32,000 nt of DNA from an uncultured archaeon (GTDB taxonomy: Archaea; Asgardarchaeota; Thorarchaeia; Thorarchaeales; Thorarchaeaceae). Positions 1 to 8,859 of the stretch are shown piece by piece. Location of the stretch: the NCBI GenBank assembly GCA_964648855.1, contig CAZYLT010000013.1:1-32000 (forward strand), given 5' to 3'. The position numbers and the translations under genes were made by a program. Each line of letters opens with the position of its first letter. Position 1 is the stretch's first letter. The notes under the pieces were generated by a model. That model ran no database searches. It was given only the letters and a program-made list of their open reading frames with translations, and was not told the origin of the DNA.

Positions 1-2
1 TG

Positions 3-164
3 GGATCAGTTGCCGCAAATATGATGCCCCGAATCGTGTTGAAAGTCTAGAGTGGCGATCCAGGACTTATTGGATGGGGCCTTATATTGTCCGTAGGTCT
101 GATTCCGTTGATTGTTGGGCAAATTTCATTGCTAGTTGCACGACGGCTGAATGGTGAAGATTAG
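3..164 (+). pseudogene. 3' end or relic of a membrane protein resembling the last helix of cation-transporting P-type ATPases; in-frame TAG at 48-50
   Basis: Manual translation gives GSVAANMMPRIVLKV*SGDPGLIGWGLILSVGLIPLIVGQISLLVARRLNGED*. The hydrophobic PGxxGWxLIxxxxLIPLxVGQI segment recalls P-type ATPase C-termini. Truncated by the window edge. Confidence 0.35.
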
Positions 165-264
165 CTAACTAAAAGAAACATCACTACAAAGTCCTTCGTA
201 CATACCAAATGTTTAATGTGTGCATAATTCCATAATCTATTCGATGGGTAGTTCTCTTAGATAA

Positions 265-420
265 TACGGTAGTCCAACACACAGAGATTGCATTCATTTT
301 AGTACCGGAGAATGTACGCTGCATGGCAAAACAGTCGATGCTGATAGCCCTGCATGCCGAAATTTAACGCCGAGGGATAAGAGCAAGCCTGCAGGCCCCA
401 CGCAATCAGAGGTTTGAAGC
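265..420 (+). pseudogene. Relic of a small Cys-rich (metal-binding) protein
   Basis: Frame 1 reads YGSPTHRDCIHFSTGECTLHGKTVDADSPACRNLTPR..., a (C)xDCxxF-x3-CxxH-x9-C-like pattern. No start codon; bounded by TAA and TGA. Confidence 0.3.
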
Positions 421-510
421 ACAAAGAAAGTAATACCTGCACGAAGTGTACCCCAGAGTACAATTCCACTTCGCATGCCCGGAATGGGTGAACCCAGATT
501 ATCGACCCGC

Positions 511-799
511 CGATATCAGCAAAGAACGGTACAAGGAATTGGTCGGAGGCGATACTGTGACGGGAGTAGCGGAATCATTCTCGCATATTCAGTAGGAGAT
601 AAAAAGACATTCGATGACGCCTCCAAGTGACTCGTTGAGGCTCATGGGTACATAGGGAGAATTCCTCCCATCATAGCTGGAACTTCGTCGAAAGCATCCA
701 GAACACCGTACTGTTTCAACCGAGGAGGGAAAACAATTCACCGAGAGAATAAGCGAGATGCTGGATGAAAAGGCAAATCTCGACATTATTCTCCTATGA
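511..799 (+). pseudogene. Decayed Ras/Rab-like small GTPase (C-terminal two-thirds)
   Basis: 541-681 reads GRRRYCDGSSGIILAYSVGDKKTFDDASK*LVEAHGYIGRIPPIIAG, with TGA at 628-630 at the conserved Trp. After a frameshift at about 680 it reads ELRRKHPEHRTVSTEEGKQFTERISEML. This matches the Rab pattern YYRGAxGIILVYxxxxxxSFxxxxxW...GNKxDL...VxxEEG, with NKxD missing at the shift. Confidence 0.6.
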
Positions 800-1205
800 T
801 TTTGATTAGAACCCGCTTGCGGCGACGACCATCAAACTCGCCGTAGAAGATTCTCTCCCACGTGCCCAGGTCAAGTTCCCCATTTGTTATCGCGACGACA
901 ACCTCTCTGCCCATGATTTGGCGCTTGAGATGAGCATCGCCATTATCCTCCCCAGTACGATTGTGCTTATATTGACTGATTGGCTCATGAGGAGCAAGAT
1001 CCTCCAGCCAACGTTTGTAATCGTCATGGAGACCGCTCTCATTATCATTTATGAAGACGCTTGCAGTGATGTGCATAGGGTTGACAAGGCATAGTCCCTC
1101 CTGAACACCACTCTCTGCTACAGCGTCTTGGACTTGTGGAGTTATATGAACAAAGTCCATTCGTTTTGGAACATTGAAAGTTAGATACTTAGTATGACTC
1201 TTCAT
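786..1205 (-). CDS. yjbQ: YjbQ/UPF0047 family protein (secondary thiamine-phosphate synthase-like)
   Basis: Motifs [26 protein letters not shown] and [16 protein letters not shown]; 139 aa. Confidence 0.92.
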   Translation of the reverse strand: MKSHTKYLTFNVPKRMDFVHITPQVQDAVAESGVQEGLCLVNPMHITASVFINDNESGLHDDYKRWLEDLAPHEPISQYKHNRTGEDNGDAHLKRQIMGREVVVAITNGELDLGTWERIFYGEFDGRRRKRVLIKIIGE

Positions 1206-1307
1206 ATTATGATTTTCACTGGGGTTTGGTAAAAGGATTATGGGACGCTGGACAAGTTATTCGGAAGCTGTTGTTTTGTTTTCATGCCTGTGACGGCAAA
1301 AACTGGT

Positions 1308-2060
1308 TTATGCCTTGTTCACAAAATAACTAAGACAAACGCCGCCACCCCTGTCGGCATGGACAGAAGCCAACTCCAGTTTTGTTGGTTGTTCATCATC
1401 TTTTAAATCGGGGGACTGGTAATGGCGGGGATTGTTTGTTCCACCCACGAGTCCTGAGTGAAAGGTAATATTCACCTCGTCTATCAAACCGACTCTGAGA
1501 AGGGCACCATTTAGCTTGCCCCCGGCAGTTGAGAGAATACATTCAACGCCTAGCTTGGACTTCAGTTTCACGAACAGCGTATTCAAGTCGACTTGTCCTT
1601 CTCCAGCGATAAGATATGGAATCTGTTGCCGTTGAAGATATGCCAAGTAATCAGCTGGAGTATGATGCCCATTAAGAAGTAATATATGCCATTCAGGCAA
1701 ATCATCAAATGTTTTGGCCTAATTTCTCATTCTTCCTCTCCTGTCAACGGCGACACACCACCCTGCCCAAGTTTTGCTACTCACAACATCTTTGGGAAGA
1801 TAGTCCGTGTAGAGCTTAGATACTTCAATGTCATTTGATGACAACGGCTCCGGCTCTTTATTCTCGGGAACAAACGAACCACTTCCCTCCATGATGATTG
1901 TCGGCTTATGAATGGAAAACAAATGTTCCTGGACATCGATCTCAGGCTTCTTTATGAAACTGTCAAATCAGCCGTCACCTTCAAACATGGTTTTGTTAGG
2001 AGCTATTGCCACTCTTCCATCGACTGATGCTATAGTTTATACAACTAGTCGCGGGCGGGT
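1308..2060 (-). pseudogene. RibD C-terminal / dihydrofolate-reductase-like reductase, pseudogene
   Basis: One frame joins TRPRLVV*TIASVDGRVAIAPN..., ORF 1719-1922 (MEGSGSF, AVDRRGR) and ORF 1308-1700 (AGGKLNGALLRVGLIDEV...LVGG). In-frame stops: TAA 2037-2039, TGA 1968-1970, TAG 1719-1721. A TAG at 2061-2063 sits where the start is expected. Confidence 0.8.
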
Positions 2061-2273
2061 CTAGTATCTCGCTCCGTTTGAATCGCGACAGAACCAAGAT
2101 TATCTGCATAAAACCTCTATGCCCCATTACAACGAGTTTCTGAAATATAACCTATAATTCGGATTACGCGCAGGCAAAGGCCACAAATGTTCAATCTTCC
2201 GCCGATTTCAATATTTTATCTGGCGGTATTAATGGTTGAGAGATGGATACTAAACGCTTGCGAAACCAAAGCC

Positions 2274-3314
2274 TCATCCCTCTAATCTGTATGATATTCT
2301 ATTTGTCAAATAAGTGGATATCCATTCTCTTCTAGCTGGCATCAAGATTGATTTCTTCGGATTTAGGACTTCATAACCATACTTCTCCAAAGTGGGCTTG
2401 CAGAATCTATTAGTAAAGTGTACTTGGAGATGGTCGATTTCATTTCTCCATTTGTTTACATATTTATCCGATATGCCCTCATATTTCACGTCCCTAGTGC
2501 TGTTGCCCATCCACAGTTCTCCTTCAATCGTTGGTTTCAAGAGAATGTCATCAAATTCTATTCCTACATGATTAGCAACCTTTCTCATTGTCTTCTCTGG
2601 CTGTGACACCAAATCCTCGTATTTGATAGTTATATGATCTTGAGGATAGGCCAGCGCATTTCTCTCTAGGTTCCTGTACGAGGATATCAAAGGCTTGAGA
2701 ATTCGATAGATTATGGGATACCAGCTATTCGGTCCTAGGAACAAGGATTTGACTGCTCCTCGAGGCCTATTTCGAGTACGTACACGGTTGACGTGGCGCA
2801 TAAAACTAACTAGATTCGAATATGGATTTCTCATGATTCTCACGAATTTTGCATCGGGATAAACTTGCTTAATCAGATGAGTGGCTCCGTGGTGTTCCAC
2901 AGATTTTTCGACAATCCTGCGCTCATCATCTCGCCCAGATGACTTTTTGAGAGCTTTGAAATATCTCCGTATCAAGTCAACGTATCTATCAGATTTCGCT
3001 CTAATGGTTCTAAAAAAGGAGGATTTCTCAAAGATGTTTTTCTTCTGAGATATGCCCACATAATTTCCATTATCAATTAAATTCTCATTTTCGGCCTCGA
3101 TGACGTTCTTGATATATCTCCGCCTCATCTCGTCCAATGTCAATTGCTGCGGCCTTGATGGATAGGCAACATAATCTATCCAAGTGATTTGGGGGATGCT
3201 AAAGGCGTGCGTTTCAAAGGGCAAAGAGAAAATGTCCGGGTAGCCATCGAATAATCTGGTCAAGAGCGTTGTCCCAGATTTATGGGGACCAAGAACAAAT
3301 ATCGGACTTTTCAT
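2274..3314 (-). CDS. PAPS-dependent sulfotransferase (Sulfotransfer_3 family)
   Basis: 5'-PSB loop IFVLGPHKSGTTLL, VEKS, 3'-PB motif IMRNPYSNLVS, and IKYEDLVSQPEKTMRKV. Confidence 0.88.
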   Translation of the reverse strand: MKSPIFVLGPHKSGTTLLTRLFDGYPDIFSLPFETHAFSIPQITWIDYVAYPSRPQQLTLDEMRRRYIKNVIEAENENLIDNGNYVGISQKKNIFEKSSFFRTIRAKSDRYVDLIRRYFKALKKSSGRDDERRIVEKSVEHHGATHLIKQVYPDAKFVRIMRNPYSNLVSFMRHVNRVRTRNRPRGAVKSLFLGPNSWYPIIYRILKPLISSYRNLERNALAYPQDHITIKYEDLVSQPEKTMRKVANHVGIEFDDILLKPTIEGELWMGNSTRDVKYEGISDKYVNKWRNEIDHLQVHFTNRFCKPTLEKYGYEVLNPKKSILMPARREWISTYLTNRISYRLEG

Positions 3315-3381
3315 GCTTATTTGACTTCCCGCAGGCCTATAAATTTGTGTTTTCCTAGATACTCATTGAGCTTGATTTTTC

Positions 3382-4623
3382 TCATTTGAAACGTGATTTC
3401 GGTTCGTTAGAGATCCATTCACTAATGAGAGAGTTCCATTCATCTTTAGTGATACATTCAATTGTATCTATCAGGTCATCTGTAATTATGTTATCCTGTT
3501 CAATACATTTCTTAGCGAATTTTCGCATAACTTCGATGAATTTCTCTCGTCCAATCTCTTCACGTATCGCATGGAGGACAAGAGTACCATAGACATAGAA
3601 GATTAGCTGGGCATTCGGGTCTTGGCGCTTGATGGATTTTATCGAGGACAGGTCCTCGGCCTCTTCAATCCGTTTTCGATACTTCTCGATTCTCTTGTCA
3701 AATTCTTTCTTCCCATAGATTGTTTCAGTTGCTAGAAGCGATGCATATGTGGCAAATGCCTCGTCTATCCAGTTATGGTAGTCCCCAACCGTTGTCTTCA
3801 TGAACCAAGAATGTGCGAACTCGTGGCCCCAATACTCCAATATTGCCTGTTCATTATTATTCAGTCCTTCAACAACGTCATCTTGAATCACAATGAGGTT
3901 CCGTCTTGCATAGCCTCCACCAAAATCTCTTGGGACCAATATTATTCTCAAGGAACCATTAGCTGGACTGCCAAGCCATGTCATAAGGGTTGAGTGAAGG
4001 TCCTTGAACTTCTTCTCAAGGGGTTTCAGCTGCTGCAAGTATCGAGGCTCACCCCAAAACAAATCGCTTTGCTTTAGGCTAATTGCACTGGATTTAGGGC
4101 GCCCATGGAGTGTGATATCAGTTGCATGGCCCTCGAATTTCCATGTAGGTGGTGTTTCATCTACCTGATTCCCATTTGTTATCCAAGTCCAATCAGCCGG
4201 CCCATGAAGTCGTAGTGTATAGGATGGACGATCGGTAAAATCAACCATGGGATACCAGATAGCGTAGATAGCAAGCTCCACGTATTCCGGTCTGATTCTA
4301 CTAGTATCAAATAGATAGCGGTAGATTTTGCCTTCATATTCAAAGTGCACCTCAATTTCTTGGTCGCCATCCATTTCATCAGGTAACTCTATCTCATATT
4401 GAGCTACGGGCATAAACAGATCGGATGATGGTCTGACCTCGGTCGCCTTCAATGAAATTCGCTTTTCCCCAGAATCAACTTCTGTGCTTCCTAGCTCTAG
4501 CGATGGATTGAGTATGAACCTGATTCTGTCCTCGAGGTCGCTGAATACTACATCGCCCTCAACATGAATGTGAGAACTATTGGGCTTTATTTCCACCGTC
4601 AAATCAAGATGTGTTACCTTCAT
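3382..4623 (-). CDS. M1-like zinc aminopeptidase (gluzincin)
   Basis: HEFAH-x18-E zinc motif (HEFAHSWF...NWIDEAFATY) and Tyr motif FYVYGTLVLHAIREEIG. GGGY replaces GXMEN. Confidence 0.85.
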   Translation of the reverse strand: MKVTHLDLTVEIKPNSSHIHVEGDVVFSDLEDRIRFILNPSLELGSTEVDSGEKRISLKATEVRPSSDLFMPVAQYEIELPDEMDGDQEIEVHFEYEGKIYRYLFDTSRIRPEYVELAIYAIWYPMVDFTDRPSYTLRLHGPADWTWITNGNQVDETPPTWKFEGHATDITLHGRPKSSAISLKQSDLFWGEPRYLQQLKPLEKKFKDLHSTLMTWLGSPANGSLRIILVPRDFGGGYARRNLIVIQDDVVEGLNNNEQAILEYWGHEFAHSWFMKTTVGDYHNWIDEAFATYASLLATETIYGKKEFDKRIEKYRKRIEEAEDLSSIKSIKRQDPNAQLIFYVYGTLVLHAIREEIGREKFIEVMRKFAKKCIEQDNIITDDLIDTIECITKDEWNSLISEWISNEPKSRFK

Positions 4624-4722
4624 CTATCTGGCTCCTCATTTTCATATTTAGTGCACGGTACTGAAATGTCTTATTCTACCTGAAAAAACAAGTTCTTCCT
4701 ATCCAGTGAAAAATTGAACCTT

Positions 4723-4947
4723 CTACATTTCATCTGCTTTTTTGAATCCCTCGGCAATTTTGCTCTTTACTTGCTCAATTACAAAACGCTCTGCAGCTTT
4801 GGGAGTGCCGAATTCTCTGGAGGCACGATGACCAGAGGTTCCGATATTGCCAAACGAGATGGTGACAAATGTTCCGATTATCTTAGCCGACCAGAATCTG
4901 TGAGTTTCGGTGTTCTCATAGCGCCCTGTAGTCTTTGCCTCGGTCAT
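4723..4947 (-). CDS. Stand-alone WGR-domain protein
   Basis: RFWSAKIIGTFVTISFGNIGTSG...AAERFVIEQVKSKIAEGF matches the WGR pattern KFWxxxxxGxxVxxxWGRIGTxG...KxKKGY; 74 aa. Confidence 0.75.
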   Translation of the reverse strand: MTEAKTTGRYENTETHRFWSAKIIGTFVTISFGNIGTSGHRASREFGTPKAAERFVIEQVKSKIAEGFKKADEM

Positions 4948-5155
4948 AGATGAGTTAGTTCCTGTCTGATATTTGCGTGACTAGCTTATTCTATTCAAGA
5001 ATTACAATATAATGTTAAGTGGTCTGAGTCGATTTTAGGTAAGGTACAATACATCAGAGATTGTCTTCTATGATAATTGTCTGCTCACTTTTTCAAAATC
5101 GCCCGAATTGAACAAGACTAAAAATGACTCTGGACATCACAATCAGGGTTGTAGT

Positions 5156-5470
5156 ATGAGTCTCCAAGACAGATTTGAGAAAGAAATGAGAGAGGTTTGT
5201 CAAGAATATTAGGAGTTGGATAAAGAGAGGGATGCAATTGAGGAGCAACTTGAGAAGCTGCGTGACTATATGGAGATAACATTGCGCAAATATGATCAGG
5301 ATGAGTTTGATGTGTCTGAGGTCCCGGTTAGAGTGAAGAGAGTGTCCTATACCTCACACAGGATGAAGAGGGGAGCGAAAAAAAGGCTGAAAGAGATGCT
5401 GTCTCCTGAACAATTTTCAGAGATATATGAAGAGAAAGAAGTAGACACCATAAGAGTCACTCCTCGCTAA
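5156..5470 (+). CDS. Charged coiled-coil hypothetical protein, about 104 codons, interrupted by an in-frame TAG at 5210-5212 (pseudogene or read-through)
   Basis: ATG 5156 is in frame with track ORF 5216-5470: MSLQDRFEKEMREVCQEY*ELDKERDAIEEQLEKLRDYME... The helical pattern continues across the stop. Confidence 0.55.
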
Positions 5471-5477
5471 GAGTAAC

Positions 5478-5550
5478 AAGCTGACAAAATGCCGGGATTT
5501 CGATTTGCAGGAGAGTGGACCCTGCAATGTGCCTATGTATTCAGCTTTTT
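5478..5550. terminator. Nested stem-loop between convergent genes
   Basis: Outer stem AAGCTGA (5478-84) / TCAGCTT (5541-47) followed by a T run; inner stem TTGCAGG (5505-11) / CCTGCAA (5521-27). Confidence 0.4.
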
Positions 5551-5655
5551 CGTTTGTGAAGAAACACATTCCTTATTGAGGAGATGATTATTGCAAAGGG
5601 TCAAATTGAGTCCTTTCGTCTAGTCGTGGCTGATTGAGGAGCCTCGAATGCAAAT

Positions 5656-6165
5656 CTAGTCAAATTTATGGCGGATTTCAGGCCTCACCAGATAGAATAT
5701 TATGATTAGGCTGGTTGCTACGCTAACAATTGCATAGATGGGATCTGAAAGGATGTTAAATGGGCTAGTCGGGTCAAGGTCAAGAATCAAGCCTATCGTC
5801 GAGAAAGATGCCAACAAGATATTCGATACAATAGCCCCCAAAAGGCCCCATTGCTCCCAATTGCCAAGGCCCCAGCCACTAACAATCATAATGATACCGA
5901 GCCCAATGATGCCAGACTCAAATACAACTCTCAGTCCATTGCCAGACGCGATTGCAGCAATAAGATCTAGTGCAGAATACGCCAAATTCATTGTACCACT
6001 TAGCAACAACAAGAACGCGATGAGAGTCAAACCAGAAGGAGGCTTCTCATCACCCAGAACATCTTTTTCGGAATTCCTATCTGCCTTATCAAAAGATGGG
6101 TCTGCTATAGAATCTCCGGCCATCCAGTTTCTTCGGTTATTTACACCATTTGGGTTTCCCTTCAT
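5656..6165 (-). CDS. Hypothetical 4-TM membrane protein
   Basis: Four hydrophobic segments; starts PPSGLTLIAFLLLL and ends IIIFYLVRPEIRHKF. Confidence 0.7.
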   Translation of the reverse strand: MKGNPNGVNNRRNWMAGDSIADPSFDKADRNSEKDVLGDEKPPSGLTLIAFLLLLSGTMNLAYSALDLIAAIASGNGLRVVFESGIIGLGIIMIVSGWGLGNWEQWGLLGAIVSNILLASFSTIGLILDLDPTSPFNILSDPIYAIVSVATSLIIIFYLVRPEIRHKFD

Positions 6166-6445
6166 GATTTCACCATCATATCATATGCAGGTTGCATAGC
6201 TGTTCTATCTCAACATCTACGGTACGATAAGTTTGGATAATATGTACCCCTAATATCTCCATCCCTTCCATTACGTCGACCGGTGAACCTTGTCATGTTA
6301 CCTTGCCCTACTTCATTCTACTCTGTGATTGATTACCATAAAATAGAGGTTTATACTCAGAGGCTTTTCAATTAGAGCAGATACACCGTTCTTGGAGTGG
6401 GGAAAAAGAAAAATGTGGGTGTTCTAAACGGTCACACATTCTGTG

Positions 6446-6461
6446 CAATAATAGATTATTG
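6446..6461. promoter_or_regulatory. Perfect 7-2-7 palindrome upstream of dinB, candidate operator
   Basis: CAATAAT-AG-ATTATTG ends 28 bp before ATG 6490. Confidence 0.45.
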
Positions 6462-6489
6462 TGCCAAGAGTAGATTAGGTGTGTACTGA

Positions 6490-6963
6490 ATGGATTGGAT
6501 CAGAAACCTCCTGAGTTTGATGCTTCACGGGAAGCATGCCCATGTAGCCCCCAAACAGGTATTAGGAAATTTTTCACCAGCGATTGCAAAAAAGAAAATT
6601 CCAGGGTATGATAGATCAGCTTGGAAACTACTGTATCATATATGGTATTGGCAGGATATGGTGATTCGTGCATACAAAGGTGACAAGGAAGCCGAGAGAG
6701 CAAACGATAGCCATTCATGGCCAAAGCCCGAGGACATGGATAGCGATGAGAAATTAGGCAAGCTCAAGGATGAATTCTCGAATGACCTAGAATACCTCAC
6801 AAGGCTAGCTGAGGATGAAGACCTAATGAAGAAGTTTGAAGTATGGTCCGGATCCCCACTTGTACACAATTTGCTCATCGAGATAGCCCATAATTCCTAT
6901 CACCTTGGGCAGATAGTTGTGTTGCTCAAAGCGAATGATGCGTGGCCGGTAGCGAGGAGTTAG
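6490..6963 (+). CDS. DinB/YfiT-like (DinB_2) metal-binding four-helix protein
   Basis: SAWKLLYHIWYWQD and IAHNSYHLGQIV provide the His triad. Confidence 0.88.
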   Translation: MDWIRNLLSLMLHGKHAHVAPKQVLGNFSPAIAKKKIPGYDRSAWKLLYHIWYWQDMVIRAYKGDKEAERANDSHSWPKPEDMDSDEKLGKLKDEFSNDLEYLTRLAEDEDLMKKFEVWSGSPLVHNLLIEIAHNSYHLGQIVVLLKANDAWPVARS

Positions 6964-7006
6964 ATTTACTGAAGACTTTAATCGCGGTCGCGACCTCATC
7001 TGCGAC

Positions 7007-8842
7007 ATGCCTGAGAAGAAACTCTTGCTGATTGGAATAGATCAAGCCATCCCTTATCTAGTAGACAAATTCTTAGATGAAGGAATACTACCGAATGTCG
7101 CGCGCTTAGCTAAACACGGAGTCAAAGGTGAGGCCTTATCCTGTTTTCCTCCAGACACCCCGACGAATTGGGCGACGGTCGCCACAGGTGCCAACGTTGA
7201 GAAACATGGAGCGACCTCGTTTTATTTACACATGCCTGGCGAACACCTTGACGAAGGAGTGAAACCTGAAAACCGTTCTAGGAGCCAGTTGAGCAAGTTC
7301 GCGCAGGCAGAGTATCTCTGGGATGTCGCTGACAGAGAGGGGTTACGCCCATTTGTCCTTAACTATCCAGCCGGTTGGCCAGCAAATTTCAGAGAGGGAA
7401 TAATGAGCTTGCTAACATGGAGGGTTCCCGATTCAGTACCCTTCCTAATCTCGGGTCCGAAAGAGAAAATATTCCAGATAGACGAGGGAGCCAAACTTGA
7501 ACTGCTTGAAGGTAAGGAGAATATCATTGGAGAAGTACAGTTCGGGAAGAGTGGTGAACCTCTACTTTCAATCCGAGGAGAAACCTTGCAGATCAATGAA
7601 TGGAGTTCGTGGATTAAGGCTGAGAGAGAAACGGAGTATGGTATCCTGCCGTGCCTCTTCAAGGTGAGATTCCAGCAAGGTACGAGTGAGGATGCCATTT
7701 CAGTTCAATACTCCAGTATGTACAGCACCCTCGGTTGGTCACAGCCGGCCTCCTTTGCTGATTCTTTGATTCGAAATGCAATGAAACCGGAAATCGTAGT
7801 GGGGTCCTCCGAAGGAGCCGAGTTCTGGTTTGAGGGGTCCTCCGAAGTGTATCTCGGACAGGCAAGACAAGAGGCGGAGCTGATTGGCGATACCGTGATA
7901 TTTGCGAAAGAAGCGTATGACTGGAGGACCTGTTTCTTCCATGTTCATTTCCTAGATAGCATCAATCATAAAGAGCTGGCGTATCTGCACAAGGAATCAC
8001 CACTCTATTCTGAAAGGGCTGCAGCAAGGTCTCTTGAAAATGTGAGAACTGCGTATCAGTATATAGATGCTCTTGTAGGAAGGCTACTGGATTCAGTAGT
8101 TGATGACAATACGGTCGTGATATTTGTGGCAGACCATGGGGCAATCCCTGCATGGAGAGTGGCAAATATTGCAAAAGCTCTGGTCATGGCAAACTTACTT
8201 GTCTATAAACAAGGCGAGTCGCTGGATACTTATGTGGTGGATTGGACTAAGACAAAGGCATTCCCATATCTTGAGCCCCCGTATATATGGGTGAATAAAG
8301 AGGGGAGAAACCCTGAGGGAATTGTATCTCAGAGGGAGTATGACAAGGTAAGACAGCAGATTATCGATGTGCTCATGAGTATTCGAGACCCAGAAACTGG
8401 CAAGCAGGTCGTCAGATTTGCTGCAAGAAGAGAAGAAGCTCAACATCTCGGCCAGAATGGCGAGAGAGCTGGAGATGTCATATTTGCTCTCAATCCACCA
8501 TATGAGATATTTGATGGCAATGTCGAAGATCTTTATATGTCAGTTGTACACTCAAACTGGTTTGAGAAAAATATTGTCTATCCAGCCCAAGAGTGCTTTG
8601 GAGCCCATGCCTATTACCTACCAACAGAGAGATTCGGTGACTTTTCAATATCAGTCCCACTGATAATTACAGGACCGGGCATCAAAGAGGACGTTGAACT
8701 GGACCAAAAGGTGAATCTTATAGATCTCGCCCCAACGCTCGCAAGTCTTCTTGACATACCTCACCCCAAAGAATCTCAGGGTAGAATTCTGAACGAGATA
8801 TTTGCATCGTCTAAAGACCAGTTGACAGAAGAGAAAACATAG
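7007..8842 (+). CDS. Alkaline-phosphatase superfamily, type I phosphodiesterase/nucleotide pyrophosphatase family
   Basis: IGIDQA, Thr nucleophile motif PPDTPTNWATVATG, FLDSINH, VADHG, GAH, and LIDLAPTLASLL...GRIL. Confidence 0.88.
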   Translation: MPEKKLLLIGIDQAIPYLVDKFLDEGILPNVARLAKHGVKGEALSCFPPDTPTNWATVATGANVEKHGATSFYLHMPGEHLDEGVKPENRSRSQLSKFAQAEYLWDVADREGLRPFVLNYPAGWPANFREGIMSLLTWRVPDSVPFLISGPKEKIFQIDEGAKLELLEGKENIIGEVQFGKSGEPLLSIRGETLQINEWSSWIKAERETEYGILPCLFKVRFQQGTSEDAISVQYSSMYSTLGWSQPASFADSLIRNAMKPEIVVGSSEGAEFWFEGSSEVYLGQARQEAELIGDTVIFAKEAYDWRTCFFHVHFLDSINHKELAYLHKESPLYSERAAARSLENVRTAYQYIDALVGRLLDSVVDDNTVVIFVADHGAIPAWRVANIAKALVMANLLVYKQGESLDTYVVDWTKTKAFPYLEPPYIWVNKEGRNPEGIVSQREYDKVRQQIIDVLMSIRDPETGKQVVRFAARREEAQHLGQNGERAGDVIFALNPPYEIFDGNVEDLYMSVVHSNWFEKNIVYPAQECFGAHAYYLPTERFGDFSISVPLIITGPGIKEDVELDQKVNLIDLAPTLASLLDIPHPKESQGRILNEIFASSKDQLTEEKT

Positions 8843-8859
8843 TTTAGGAAGGTGACGTA

